Shown here piece after piece: positions 1-10,140 of a DNA stretch of 64,000 nucleotides. Within the stretch, counting starts at the first letter, position 1, and each line of letters starts with the position of its first letter. Source of the DNA: Candidatus Thorarchaeota archaeon (lineage in GTDB: Archaea; Asgardarchaeota; Thorarchaeia; Thorarchaeales; Thorarchaeaceae); the NCBI GenBank assembly GCA_021498125.1, contig JAIZWL010000001.1:1388676-1452675 (forward strand). The letters are read 5' to 3'. Both the position numbers and the translations under genes were made by a program. Under the pieces are notes generated by a model that had not been told where the DNA came from, ran no database searches, and saw only the letters and a program-made list of their open reading frames with translations.

Positions 1-2330
1 TCCTTGAGAATGGGTTCGTTCGTGTCAGGGTCGATGGTCAGTTCTTTGACATTGAGTCTGTGGAGATGGATGGTCGTAAGAAGCACGATATTGATGTTGT
101 CGTTGACAGACTCGAGTTGGGTCAGAAAAATCGTGAGCGTCTCATCAATTCTCTTGAGACCGCTCTTGAGACCAGTGATGGTCGTGCTATAGTTGCTCGT
201 GAGGGCAATCCCGATCTGATCTTTGCCGAGCAGCTCATGTGTCCCAAGTGTGGTATTCAATATGAACGACTTGGCCCCAAGGCATTCTCCTATAACACCC
301 CTCATGGTGCCTGTCCAACATGCAACGGTCTTGGTGTTAATTTCGACGTTGATCCGGCACGGGTGGTTCCTGACGAGACTCTCTCATTGAGCGAGGGTGC
401 ACTCAAACCATGGAGCAAGTCCCCAAGTTCGTGGAATCAGCGATTTCTGGAGGCTCTCTCGAAAGCCGCAGGGTTCTCACTTGACACTCCTTGGAAGGAT
501 CTCTCTCAGACGGTCAAAGATATCATTCTCTGGGGCCGACCCACCTATACGGTCAGTTTCGAGTATACGGACAAGTCGTGGCATGGTAAGACAGAGAAGA
601 TCAAGGTGACACGACGCTGGGAGGGTATGATCCCAAGGCTTCAGCGCCACCTACGCGACACATCTTCAGAATGGTACAAGCAGGAGATAGCAAATGAGTA
701 TTGCAGCAAGACGGTCTGTCCAGCCTGTCATGGAAAAAAGTTGAGGCCCGAGAGTCTTGCTGTGACTGTTGGGGGCAAGTCGATTGATGAGATCACATCT
801 CTGACCATTGGACAGGCGCTGGAGCATTTTGAGAACATTCAACTGACCGAGCGAGAAGAGAAGATTGCAGAATTGATCCTCAAAGAGATAGTTGCTCGAT
901 TACGGTTCATCGTCTCAGTGGGCCTTGATTACTTGACTCTTGATCGGCTATCTATGACTCTCTCTGGTGGGGAGAGCCAGCGAATACGTCTGGCCACTCA
1001 GATTGGTTCCGCCCTGACCGGTGTGCTTTACTGTCTCGATGAACCGTCCATAGGTCTCCATCCGCGAGATATCAATCGGCTCATCAAGACGTTTTACAAT
1101 CTACGGAGTCTTGGCAATACAGTTGTGGTGATCGAGCACGATAGAGATACGATTCTGGCTGCTGATCATATTATTGATCTTGGGCCAAACGCCGGAATCC
1201 ATGGTGGTCGTGTTGTCGCTCAGGGGCCCCCTGCGGAAGTGCTGGCGCATCCAAAGTCCCTGACTGCACAATATCTTGCAGGAGACCGTCGTATCCCTAT
1301 TCCCGAGACACGACGCACAGGAAACGGTCATGCGATAGTCATTCGTGGGGCCCGTCAGTTCAATCTCAAGAATATCGATGTTACAATCCCTCTAGGAAAA
1401 ATGGTCTGCATAACTGGTGTTTCCGGAAGCGGGAAGAGCACACTTGTTCATGAGACCCTCTACAAGGCTCTCTCGCGCCTGATGAATCGTGCGAGTGTCC
1501 AGCCCGGTGCTCATGATGCTATTGAGGGTTGGGAAAATATTGATCGGCTCGTTCTGGTCGATCAGTCTCCTATTGGTCGGACTCCCCGTTCTAATCCGGC
1601 AACCTATACCAAGGTCTTTGATGAGATCAGAGGTCTCTTTGCAAAGACACCGGAGGCTCGGGCTCGTGGTTTCAGACCTGGACGATTCAGCTTCAATACA
1701 CGTGATGGCCGCTGTGAGAAGTGTAAGGGGAGTGGTGTTCTCACGATCGAGATGCACTTCATGAGTGATGTCTTTATCACCTGTGATGTCTGTCAGGGCA
1801 AGCGATTTGATCGTGAGACCCTTGAGGTGACTTACAAGGGAAAGAACATCAACGAGGTCCTCAATATGACGATTGAGGAGGCACTTGGTTTCTTTAGTGA
1901 CATTCCTCCGATCGCACACAAGCTCCAGACGCTTATGGATGTCGGACTTGGTTATCTCACACTAGGCCAACCCGCCACCACTCTGTCAGGGGGTGAGGCC
2001 CAGCGAATGAAGTTGGCCGCAGAATTGTCACGAAGGGCAACGGGTCGGACGCTCTATATTCTTGACGAGCCCACAACTGGTCTCTCCGCATCGGATGTTC
2101 ATGTTCTTCTCAATGTTCTCAGTCGGTTGGTCGATGCGGGCAACACGATCATTGTTATCGAACACAATCTAGAGGTGATCAAGACTGCGGATCACATTAT
2201 TGACTTGGGTCCTGAAGGTGGCGATGCCGGAGGTCGTGTAATTGCGACGGGGACGCCTGAGGAGGTTGCGCGCGTTCGTGGATCGTACACCGGCCGGTTT
2301 CTGAAGAGCGTCCTCCGAGGGAAGACTTGA
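1..2330 (+). CDS. uvrA: Excinuclease ABC subunit A (UvrA), 5'-truncated at the window edge
   Basis: The frame is open from nt 3 (LENGFVRVRVDG...). It has zinc-finger Cys clusters (CPKCG, CPTCNG, CEKCKGSG, CDVCQG) and two ABC signature/Walker regions (LSGGESQR...LYCLDEPSIGLH; GVSGSGKSTL; LSGGEAQR...LYILDEPTTGL). The C-terminus RGSYTGRFLKSVL is typical of UvrA. Confidence 0.93.
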   Translation, partial: LENGFVRVRVDGQFFDIESVEMDGRKKHDIDVVVDRLELGQKNRERLINSLETALETSDGRAIVAREGNPDLIFAEQLMCPKCGIQYERLGPKAFSYNTPHGACPTCNGLGVNFDVDPARVVPDETLSLSEGALKPWSKSPSSWNQRFLEALSKAAGFSLDTPWKDLSQTVKDIILWGRPTYTVSFEYTDKSWHGKTEKIKVTRRWEGMIPRLQRHLRDTSSEWYKQEIANEYCSKTVCPACHGKKLRPESLAVTVGGKSIDEITSLTIGQALEHFENIQLTEREEKIAELILKEIVARLRFIVSVGLDYLTLDRLSMTLSGGESQRIRLATQIGSALTGVLYCLDEPSIGLHPRDINRLIKTFYNLRSLGNTVVVIEHDRDTILAADHIIDLGPNAGIHGGRVVAQGPPAEVLAHPKSLTAQYLAGDRRIPIPETRRTGNGHAIVIRGARQFNLKNIDVTIPLGKMVCITGVSGSGKSTLVHETLYKALSRLMNRASVQPGAHDAIEGWENIDRLVLVDQSPIGRTPRSNPATYTKVFDEIRGLFAKTPEARARGFRPGRFSFNTRDGRCEKCKGSGVLTIEMHFMSDVFITCDVCQGKRFDRETLEVTYKGKNINEVLNMTIEEALGFFSDIPPIAHKLQTLMDVGLGYLTLGQPATTLSGGEAQRMKLAAELSRRATGRTLYILDEPTTGLSASDVHVLLNVLSRLVDAGNTIIVIEHNLEVIKTADHIIDLGPEGGDAGGRVIATGTPEEVARVRGSYTGRFLKSVLRGKT

Positions 2331-4171
2331 TTATCGAAGAGGTGCTAAGAATGCCCGTCATGTCTGATCTCACTCGTCTGGTCAAGGACCTGCCTGACTC
2401 TCCCGGCGTCTATCTCTGGAAGGACGAGGCAGGTGAGGTGATCTACGTTGGCAAGGCTAAGGCCCTGAAGAAAAGAGTGAGTTCATATCTCCGTGTTCGA
2501 GGTCTCGATAGAAAGACGTGGGAACTGATGCAACGCGCCCGAGACCTTGAGACCATCATTACCTCAACGGAGCGAGAAGCTCTCATAGTCGAGGCGGCGC
2601 TGATCCGAAAGTATCAGCCAAAGTACAACTTGGCATTGAAGGACGATCGCCGACATGCGTGGATTCGTGTTGGAGTGAATGATCCTATTCCTTCTGTTGT
2701 AGTCACCCGTGACTTTGAAAAAGACGGTGCAAGGTACTTCGGCCCGTACGGTTCCACTCGGCGTCTAGAACGCTTACTCGATGCGGTTCGGAGGTTCATT
2801 CCCGTGGCCACCTGCCGTGATCCTTCATCTCAGAAGAGAGAATGTATGGACTTTCACATTGGGCGTTGTTCAGGGCCGTGTAAAGGTCATATTGACGAGG
2901 CTGACTATCGAGCACTCATCACACAGATTATTCTTTTCTTGAGTGGGGATGAAGATAGCCTTGCAACAATGATCCGCGATGAGATGGACCGGGCAGCAGA
3001 GAATCTTGACTTTGAGCGCGCTGCTGCGCTGAGGGATCGACTTGATGATGTTCAGATGCTCATGAGAAAACAACGAGTCTTTGACACTGAGGGGATTGAC
3101 AGGGATATTATTGGAATTGCGCGAACTGAAGAGGCTGCCCTTATTGAGGTCATGACGGTCCGTGGCGGAAGCCTGATCGGCTCTGACCATTTCTATTTCG
3201 AGGTCGGCTTGGAGATCAAAGATGTGGATGTGCTCACTACTTTTGTAGAACAATATTATTTCACACTGCCACAATTACCTGCTGAGATTCTCCTCCCCCT
3301 CCAAATTCCTGATCTCTCCATATTGGGCAAGTGGCTCTCTGAAAACACAGACCATTCTGTAAAGCTCTATGTTCCTCATGGAGATCGACTCAGTGGACTC
3401 ATCAAGATGGCCAATCAAAATGCAGTCCGTTCCCTGCGCAAGATTCTCATCTTGGGTGAGAGTGAGGCGGAGGTTGTTGATGATGGTGTCAAGGAACTCC
3501 ATGAGGTCTTGGGACTGAGTCGTGCGCCATTCCACATCGAGGGTTTTGATATCGCTAACATTCAGGGGACCGATCCTACAGGTTCGTGTGTTGTCTTTCG
3601 CAACGGTTCCCCTGACAACAAGAGCTATCGGATGTTCCGAGTTCGCAGCAAAGAGACTCCTGATGATTATGCGATGATGAATGAGGTGGTCTATCGACGA
3701 TACAAGGGTGTCCTTCAAAGAGGTGAGTCCCTTCCCGATCTGATCGTCATTGATGGTGGTAAGGGTCAGCTCAACGCCGCCTTGGATGCACTAAAAAAAG
3801 TCGGGCTGGACTATGTTCCTGTTGTCTCGATTGCTAAGCGTGAAGAGATCCTCTTTACTCGAGACCGCCTTGACGGTATCTACTTGGAGATGAGTTCGCC
3901 TGCTCTTCGCCTTATCCAGCGTATCCGTGATGAGGCCCATAGGTTTGCACAACGATATTATCACAAACTTCGTGAACGACGACTCTCGGGGTCTATTCTT
4001 GAGAATGCCCCGGGCATTGGACCAAAACGCAGGACTGCATTGCTTCGAGCCTTCGGGAGCGTGGAACGTATTCGGCAGGCAAGTGTTGAAGAACTGTCCT
4101 CAGTCGATAGTATGACCGAACAGGCGGCGCGTGCCTTACATTCGTGGCTGGATGATCCACAACATTCCTAG
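2327..4171 (+). CDS. uvrC: Excinuclease ABC subunit C (UvrC); overlaps the uvrA stop (ATGA), so likely co-transcribed
   Basis: The N-terminus has a GIY-YIG motif (GVYLWKD...VIYVGKAKALKKRVSSY). A UvrBC-interaction segment (FERAAALRDRLDDVQ) is followed by a C-terminal HhH region (ENAPGIGPKRRTALLRAFGSVERIRQASVEEL). Length is 614 aa. The true start may be the internal Met at about 2351. Confidence 0.9.
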   Translation: MIIEEVLRMPVMSDLTRLVKDLPDSPGVYLWKDEAGEVIYVGKAKALKKRVSSYLRVRGLDRKTWELMQRARDLETIITSTEREALIVEAALIRKYQPKYNLALKDDRRHAWIRVGVNDPIPSVVVTRDFEKDGARYFGPYGSTRRLERLLDAVRRFIPVATCRDPSSQKRECMDFHIGRCSGPCKGHIDEADYRALITQIILFLSGDEDSLATMIRDEMDRAAENLDFERAAALRDRLDDVQMLMRKQRVFDTEGIDRDIIGIARTEEAALIEVMTVRGGSLIGSDHFYFEVGLEIKDVDVLTTFVEQYYFTLPQLPAEILLPLQIPDLSILGKWLSENTDHSVKLYVPHGDRLSGLIKMANQNAVRSLRKILILGESEAEVVDDGVKELHEVLGLSRAPFHIEGFDIANIQGTDPTGSCVVFRNGSPDNKSYRMFRVRSKETPDDYAMMNEVVYRRYKGVLQRGESLPDLIVIDGGKGQLNAALDALKKVGLDYVPVVSIAKREEILFTRDRLDGIYLEMSSPALRLIQRIRDEAHRFAQRYYHKLRERRLSGSILENAPGIGPKRRTALLRAFGSVERIRQASVEELSSVDSMTEQAARALHSWLDDPQHS

Positions 4172-4429
4172 AAGCATCGCGTGATTATTACAATATTTCT
4201 CGATCTGTCTGACTACTGTTGTATTGCTGCTTTTATGTCTTCGATCGAGTTGATTTTTCAGGAATTGCGTCACTACTTGACGCTGTTCGTAGAATGATTC
4301 GAATGTGTCTAAAACGATACGACAGAACGTTGATTGTTAATGATGAGTATCATGTTTCTCAAATATCCGTTCATTCTCTAACAGCGAGGACTTAAAGGAA
4401 AGGTCCATTATGTAGTTGCGGAGAGAACA

Positions 4430-4660
4430 ATGCCTCTTGTGTTTGTTGGGATTAAAACACAACCGGATCAGTCAGAGACTGTGATGTCCACTCTGGTAAA
4501 AGATAGTCTTGTGCAAGAGATATACAAAGTATATGCGGGTCAATACGATATTGTCATGATCATAGATGTGCCAGACTTGGAAGCATATCACGCATTTGTT
4601 CAGGATGTGCTTGCAGTCCATACTGGGATCGCAGATTTTGAGTCATTCATTGCGGTGTAG
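4430..4660 (+). CDS. Stand-alone Lrp/AsnC-type C-terminal (RAM) ligand-binding domain protein
   Basis: 76 aa. The pattern GQYDIVMIIDVPDLEAYHAFVQDVLAVHTGIADFESFIAV matches the RAM-domain consensus (G.yD.....dle....fv...l....GV....T.i.l). No HTH is present. Confidence 0.5.
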   Translation: MPLVFVGIKTQPDQSETVMSTLVKDSLVQEIYKVYAGQYDIVMIIDVPDLEAYHAFVQDVLAVHTGIADFESFIAV

Positions 4661-4664
4661 AATT

Positions 4665-6035
4665 CTAGTGTTTTGCAATTGTATCCACATTCTCTTGGGT
4701 GAGCATCTTCTTTCGTGATCGCGGTCTGCTATACACAATATAGACCAGAAAGCCCACGATCGTCATAACTCCGCCAAGGTAAAGGGTCTCGATATGTAGA
4801 CTTGGGACCAACAGAAGGCAAGTTATCACACCCAGAATTGGAATTATCGGATAGAATCTCGCCTTGAAGGTTCCCGGAACGCTTAGTCCTTTCTCACGTA
4901 GCATGATGACGGACGCATTGACTATTGCAAGGCCGATCAAATATCCAAAGTCAGACAGAGATGCAACAAGACTGACATTGCCACTGATTGCGAAGAAGCT
5001 CACTATGAACAGGGTCACAATCAATGCTGGGATTGGTGTCTTTAGGCGTTTATTGACGCTCTCAAGAATTGACGGGAAGTAATGATCTCTGCTCATCGAG
5101 TAGGCCACTCTTGCGGTGGCGAGAAACGTTGCATTGAGTGCAGCGTAGTTTGAGGCGGCCATTCCTGCGAGAGCAAAATAGAACGCCCCTGTTCCGAACA
5201 TAAACCCATAGACATCAGCTATGGGCGTGAATGATCCTTGAACACTGGTGTAGTGTACTACTCCCACGATGACAAGTGCTGCGGCCATATAGACCACTGT
5301 TGCAATGACTAAAGTCAACAGAATGGCGCGTGGGATGTTTCTCGCAGGTTCTTTGATCTCCTCACTGGCTGTAGTGATCAGTTCGAATCCGACGAAACTG
5401 ATGTAGATGAACGAGACCGCTCCCATGAACTCAAAGAGTCCCGCTCCCGGTTTGAAGAATGGAGCAAGGTTGGTGGGATTTACAAAAAAGAGGCCGAAGG
5501 CGATAAACGAAAAGAGGACGATCGATTGGAGGATATTTAGAACGCCGAGGACTCCTGAGACCCCTCTAATACTGATGACATTAGTGATGAACGTGATGAT
5601 GATGATCACGACAGCAATCTGGCCAATGGTGGTTTCGGTTGCATTTGGGATAAATACTGCGAGGGTGTGTGCGACGGCAAGTGAATAGAGTCCACACGCC
5701 ACAAGATTGCCGATGAAGAGAAACCATCCTGTCAAGAATGCTGGGAACCCTCCAAAGGTCCCCTGTGCAAAGGTGTAGCCACCACCCTGCTTGGGGATTG
5801 AGCAGGCAAGCTCAGCGTAATTAATTGCAGTAAAAACAGTCAGAAGCCCGGTCACAAGATATGCCAAGATGAGTGATGGACCGATCATCCCCGCAGCCGC
5901 ACCGCTGATCACATAGATACCGCCACCCAGCATTGCCCCAAGACCTATGTTCGTAGCACCGATGAGGCCAAGGCGTCGTGCAAACTTCTCCTCACCCTCC
6001 TGGTCGCCAAACTTTTCGATCACATAGGTCACCAC
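4665..6035 (-). CDS. APC-superfamily amino acid/polyamine permease
   Basis: 456 aa with about 12 predicted hydrophobic helices. The glycine-rich N-terminal region (GLIGATNIGLGAMLGGGIYVISGAAAG) is typical of APC family permeases. Confidence 0.8.
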   Translation of the reverse strand: MVTYVIEKFGDQEGEEKFARRLGLIGATNIGLGAMLGGGIYVISGAAAGMIGPSLILAYLVTGLLTVFTAINYAELACSIPKQGGGYTFAQGTFGGFPAFLTGWFLFIGNLVACGLYSLAVAHTLAVFIPNATETTIGQIAVVIIIITFITNVISIRGVSGVLGVLNILQSIVLFSFIAFGLFFVNPTNLAPFFKPGAGLFEFMGAVSFIYISFVGFELITTASEEIKEPARNIPRAILLTLVIATVVYMAAALVIVGVVHYTSVQGSFTPIADVYGFMFGTGAFYFALAGMAASNYAALNATFLATARVAYSMSRDHYFPSILESVNKRLKTPIPALIVTLFIVSFFAISGNVSLVASLSDFGYLIGLAIVNASVIMLREKGLSVPGTFKARFYPIIPILGVITCLLLVPSLHIETLYLGGVMTIVGFLVYIVYSRPRSRKKMLTQENVDTIAKH

Positions 6036-6442
6036 TTGCTCTTTGCAACCAACAGTACACGGGTTATTTCTGCATGGGCAATCCGTGTTGCTTTTGAAAG
6101 TTTTGTATTCGCCAGTCTTGCGCGAAAAATCCGTAATTGAATGATTTTACAAGTCCGGTCCCAAAATTCTGCGCGGTTCTTTCTTTTTGACAGATCTATG
6201 GTTGTGAATATTTCACGCAATACCGCATGTTGAGGCTCTGTGTGAAAAGTCAGTAACATAGTGGTTATGAAAAGTATGAACCTCATTTTATGTTCGGATT
6301 CAGAATTTTCGGGATTCACTCTGACTTGAACACTCTATGACTGTGGACTTTTCACACAGATTCGTATATTGAGAATGATTTAAATGGAATTCATACTGGG
6401 CCATCGGTGCCGGACATCGAGTCCGGAGGTAGAGTGACAGAA

Positions 6443-6628
6443 ATGATCTGGAAAGTTGATGAGTCTCTCTGTACTGCCTGTGGCACATGTGCTGATGTGT
6501 GTCCAGTCGATCCCCCACTGTACGACATCCAGGAGAACGCAATCTATCTGGTTGACCGTGCAGATGAGTGTACCGAGTGTTACGCCTGCGTTGACTCGTG
6601 TCCCGAAGGTGCAATCTCGGAAGAGTAA
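6443..6628 (+). CDS. 2x[4Fe-4S] ferredoxin (small)
   Basis: Two cluster motifs are present: CTACGTCADVCP and CTECYACVDSCP. The ORF could start at 6407, but the MIWKVDE start is preferred. A T6 tract follows the stop. Confidence 0.8.
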   Translation: MIWKVDESLCTACGTCADVCPVDPPLYDIQENAIYLVDRADECTECYACVDSCPEGAISEE

Positions 6629-6732
6629 TGTAACATTGACCGGATGATCGTTTTTTCGTTCGTCCGGTAGCGTGACAGGATGAGGCTCCCTTGGGGGGCT
6701 GGCCCCTGTCAGCACCATCTGATTTTATTGTT

Positions 6733-7020
6733 CTATTTTACTCTATATGGTTCTCCAAATACGGAGTCGAAGAACTGGCGTAACGATTCATCATTGATGA
6801 CCACACGGATATGTGCGGTCTCATCACTGGACGGGTCATAGCTCGCGCGTACAAGTTCGATTTTTGATTCATCATCAAGGGTGAGAAAGGTGTTCTCTTC
6901 ATCTATCTCTTCATGCATCTTGAACTCCTGTTTAACAAGTTCCAGCTTTTCTTTGTAGACCACAGGGTCGACTCGGTAGTATAGCTTCAAGGATATCGCC
7001 TCTAAGGGATAAGTGCCCAA
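6733..7020 (-). CDS. Hypothetical acidic protein (95 aa)
   Basis: ORF only; no recognisable motif. It is convergent with the ferredoxin gene. Confidence 0.3.
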   Translation of the reverse strand: MGTYPLEAISLKLYYRVDPVVYKEKLELVKQEFKMHEEIDEENTFLTLDDESKIELVRASYDPSSDETAHIRVVINDESLRQFFDSVFGEPYRVK

Positions 7021-7088
7021 TGATAAGTTATAAGTGAATCATCGATGATATGTGACTAGTCTAATCTAATATAGCGAGGAGACTACAT

Positions 7089-8783
7089 TTGCAGAGAGTC
7101 CACCATCAAATTACAAGTCTGTTTCTGATCATGTTAATGATGTCAGGTGTGTTCACATTTGTGTTAGCACCAGCATCAGCCACAGATCTTCCGACGCAGA
7201 GTCTGGAGCCTGCGGCCTTCACATGGCAGACATTCAATAAGAATATGAACGTCACGACTTTTGCGAGTCCTGATGGGAGCAGAGATGCGCTCTGGCAGTT
7301 GTTGCAGAGTGCACGACAGAGTATCTACGTTGAAATCTATGGGATTAATAATCCATACATTCTTGATCTCATTCATGAGATTCATTCAGCCCGTCCTTCT
7401 CTTGTTATGAAATTCTTGATCGGCTGGAATTCCCTTGGATATCCGGATCCGAACAAGTACGTGGCAAATAACCTTACCCAACTTGGCTTTGAGGTCAAGT
7501 GGACGAACTCATCGGACTTTACCTATGCGCATCAAAAATTCTTCATCATTGACAACAAGACTACGGTCGTTCATGCTGGGAATTGGGCTAAGACTTCCTT
7601 CCCCGAGACCGGAAAGAAGGCCAATCGTGAGTGGAGCATTGCCATGACCGATCCTGATGTGACTGGATACTATCGTTCAGTCTTTGATTATGACTGGGGT
7701 CGTGGTAGGGCCTATAGTACTAGTGACGGAACTGGTTCGCCTCTAAGCTATAGCGAAGCGAGCAGTACCTATCCTCGACCTTTTGCTACACCCGGTCACT
7801 TCAGTGGCCCCATGAATGTTACCCCGATATTCAGTCCTGACACAAGTCTTCAGGGAATCCTCTACGTCATCAATAGTGCTCGTGTGACCCTTGACATCCA
7901 GATACCTTACTTTACAAATGTTGGTGATTCTGGAGAGGTCGATCAGATCATTGATGCAATTCTCGCCGCTAAGGCCAGAGGCGTCACTGTTCGTGTCATA
8001 ACTGAGGAAGAGAAAGACTATCAGGAAGTTGCAGATCTTCTTCATGCGCACAACATACCAATCGTCTGGCAGGACACACGCTGGTTCACTGCGAACCATA
8101 ACAAGGGTATCATTGCAGACGGTCGAATTGTGCTGATCAGCAGCATCAATTATTCTGAGGGTTCTATTACGAAGAACCGTGAGGCGGGAGTGATCATCGA
8201 GAATCAGGATGTTGCTCAATGGTACCAAGCGATCTATGACTTTGACTGGGGCATCGGTGATACTGATGTCCAAGATGATGTGAACCTGTATTGGGATCCC
8301 AACATTCCAAAGAGCACCTCGAAGATCAACATCACAGTCTTTGCGCATGCCCTCAACTCTTCTCCAGTCGATGATGTCGAGCTGGATCTGAAGATTGGCA
8401 ATGGTGCATGGTCGAACTTCTCAATAGTCAATAATCTGACCGAGTCGGCAGAGAGCGATCCCGAGAATTACTTCTATACCCTTGACCCTCAGCCAGATGG
8501 AACAAACATCACAGTTGTTGCACGAATAAAGGTCGGCTCAACTTGGCATACTGGTGTACCCATGGTGATTCGTGTTCGTGATTCATTGGGTTCAGCCATA
8601 ACAACGACAACAACGACAACGACAACAACAACTCTGACACCATTCCAGCAATTCATGATCCAATATGGCCCGATTGTCATTGCAGCAGTGGTAGCTATTG
8701 TTTTTGGAGGAGGTGTGATCGCCTACAAGAAGGGTGTTCTCACTTTCTCCAAGAAGCGCTCTCGTAGAAGAAGGAAACGATAA
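7089..8783 (+). CDS. Secreted phospholipase D superfamily protein (two HKD motifs) with Thr-rich stalk and C-terminal TM anchor
   Basis: N-terminal signal-like hydrophobic segment. HKD motifs are HQKFFIIDNKTTVVHAGNW and NHNKGIIADGRIVLISSINYSEGS. There are many N-x-T/S sequons. An 11-Thr run is followed by a TM helix (IVIAAVVAIVFGGGVIAY) and a basic tail (KKRSRRRRKR). Confidence 0.7.
   Translation: MQRVHHQITSLFLIMLMMSGVFTFVLAPASATDLPTQSLEPAAFTWQTFNKNMNVTTFASPDGSRDALWQLLQSARQSIYVEIYGINNPYILDLIHEIHSARPSLVMKFLIGWNSLGYPDPNKYVANNLTQLGFEVKWTNSSDFTYAHQKFFIIDNKTTVVHAGNWAKTSFPETGKKANREWSIAMTDPDVTGYYRSVFDYDWGRGRAYSTSDGTGSPLSYSEASSTYPRPFATPGHFSGPMNVTPIFSPDTSLQGILYVINSARVTLDIQIPYFTNVGDSGEVDQIIDAILAAKARGVTVRVITEEEKDYQEVADLLHAHNIPIVWQDTRWFTANHNKGIIADGRIVLISSINYSEGSITKNREAGVIIENQDVAQWYQAIYDFDWGIGDTDVQDDVNLYWDPNIPKSTSKINITVFAHALNSSPVDDVELDLKIGNGAWSNFSIVNNLTESAESDPENYFYTLDPQPDGTNITVVARIKVGSTWHTGVPMVIRVRDSLGSAITTTTTTTTTTTLTPFQQFMIQYGPIVIAAVVAIVFGGGVIAYKKGVLTFSKKRSRRRRKR
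8601..8633 (+). repeat. ACN-codon microsatellite encoding (Thr)11 linker in the PLD-family gene
   Basis: The DNA reads acaacgacaacaacgacaacgacaacaacaact. Confidence 0.8.
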
Positions 8784-8831
8784 TTTCAATGACAGGTGCC
8801 CACTTGGGCCCTGTCCTCTACTTATTTTATA

Positions 8832-9425
8832 CTAGTCGTCTTCGGCCGCTGTTTCTTTTGCCATCTTTGCAAACTTGATGCAGCTCTCGTACTCTCGCAT
8901 CTCGCCCTTACGCTTGTGGAGATCAGCCGCGATCGTGTAAGCTCTCGCCACCTCATCCCACTGTTGCAGAGCATCGAGGCACAACGCTAGCGCCTTCCAG
9001 ATCTCGGGATTATTTGTATCATGTTTCAGAGCCTCATTAAATGCAGCAGCAGCCTCTTTGACCTTGAGCATGCTCTCTAGGGCACGACCTTTCTTTGTCC
9101 AAAGATCTCCTGAATTTGGCACCTTGCTGAGACCGTCTTCGGCTGCTTTTAGAGCATCGTCAAACGCACCTATCGTCAGATATGCTTCAGCCTTGTTCGA
9201 GTATGCCTGTGGGTCGTTAGGATTGATTGAGATTGCCCGGTCAAAATCTTGTACTGCTTGATCCTGTTCGCCGATCTTGATTCTGACAAGTCCCATCTCA
9301 TTGAGTGCGGCTATGTTTTTGGGATCGGCCTCAAGGACTTCGAGATATTTTTTAATGGCCTTTTTGTTTTCTCCCTTCTGACGGAGCACTCGTGCCTCCA
9401 TTAAAAGACGTTTTGCGTCGGGCAT
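8832..9425 (-). CDS. TPR-repeat protein
   Basis: 197 aa with repeated 34-residue TPR-like units (AIKKYLEVLEADPKNIAALNEMG; AVQDFDRAISINPNDPQAYSNKAEAY; ALKAAEDGL...; AAFNEALKHDTNNPEIWKALA). Confidence 0.7.
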   Translation of the reverse strand: MPDAKRLLMEARVLRQKGENKKAIKKYLEVLEADPKNIAALNEMGLVRIKIGEQDQAVQDFDRAISINPNDPQAYSNKAEAYLTIGAFDDALKAAEDGLSKVPNSGDLWTKKGRALESMLKVKEAAAAFNEALKHDTNNPEIWKALALCLDALQQWDEVARAYTIAADLHKRKGEMREYESCIKFAKMAKETAAEDD

Positions 9426-9576
9426 ACCCTAATTTCCGATAGACTTGGTTTTAACATTATCTTGCCTCTATGATTTCAGGTTCTGCCAGATCCAGATTGT
9501 TGTCAGTCACAAGGATTTTAACGGGGCATTGTAAGCCTTGGATTGTAAATAGTTGACAACTGAATGAGGAATTATA

Positions 9577-10140
9577 ATGCCCTTCGACGAGGACAATCCA
9601 TTTGATGACGATACTGAGGTTGACGAGGATACCTTCTCCGCTACTGAAGATGATGATTTTGAACCTACTGCCTCACTAGAGGAACAGATCGCAGCGCCCT
9701 CTGCTCCGAGCAGGTTGCAGGAATTTATCAAAGATCCATGGCCCTCGGCCACGTTCGTGTTGATGATCATCGGTTTCATTATTGTCCTTGGCACACCAAA
9801 TCCAATCTGGGCCCAATGGAACTGGATGCTGGTTGGGATGTATTTTCTCTGGATTCTCGTGATAGTGACGACTGTCATCAGTCTTGGGATCTGGAACACT
9901 CCCACAAAGTCCAAGATCCGTTATTCGGGTCTGATTACGTTGGCAGTAGCACTTGCCGCAGGTGCAGCCGGAACAATAGACACTCTACTCTTCGTTTCTG
10001 TTGGTGGCGGTCTTGTCAGTGGTCTTGAGGGGTCTCTTCTCACGGCCAGCACCATGATTGTTGTACTCATGCTTTACAGTCTCTGGCTTGTCCAACGTGT
10101 GGTTCAGGGTGAGCAGAATCTAGACGATGATGCTGAGTGA
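9577..10140 (+). CDS. Membrane protein with acidic N-terminal tail (hypothetical)
   Basis: Acidic N-terminal 60 aa (DEDNPFDDDTEVDEDTF...) followed by about 4 hydrophobic helices. Confidence 0.4.
   Translation: MPFDEDNPFDDDTEVDEDTFSATEDDDFEPTASLEEQIAAPSAPSRLQEFIKDPWPSATFVLMIIGFIIVLGTPNPIWAQWNWMLVGMYFLWILVIVTTVISLGIWNTPTKSKIRYSGLITLAVALAAGAAGTIDTLLFVSVGGGLVSGLEGSLLTASTMIVVLMLYSLWLVQRVVQGEQNLDDDAE

Noticed and set aside
1392-1919. Several 60-175-aa ORFs on the opposite strand or alternative frames inside uvrA, uvrC, the thermosome, hisS, the MFS transporter, the ABC genes, and others (for example 1392-1919, 3275-3718, 40122-40481, 41913-42410, 48374-48793)
   Set aside because: They are fully embedded in strongly supported genes and show no motifs. 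They are treated as shadow ORFs.
5380-5400. GTTCGAATCC T-loop-like string that might indicate a tRNA
   Set aside because: It lies inside the APC permease coding sequence. The flanking bases do not form a T-stem or acceptor stem. No convincing cloverleaf was found by eye elsewhere in the window.
6640-6730. GC-rich inverted repeat (GTGACAGG...CCTGTCAG) between the convergent ferredoxin and 6733-7020 genes, considered as a structured ncRNA
   Set aside because: The position between convergent gene ends plus an adjacent T6 tract is better explained as a bidirectional terminator/attenuator hairpin. Covariation data are lacking.
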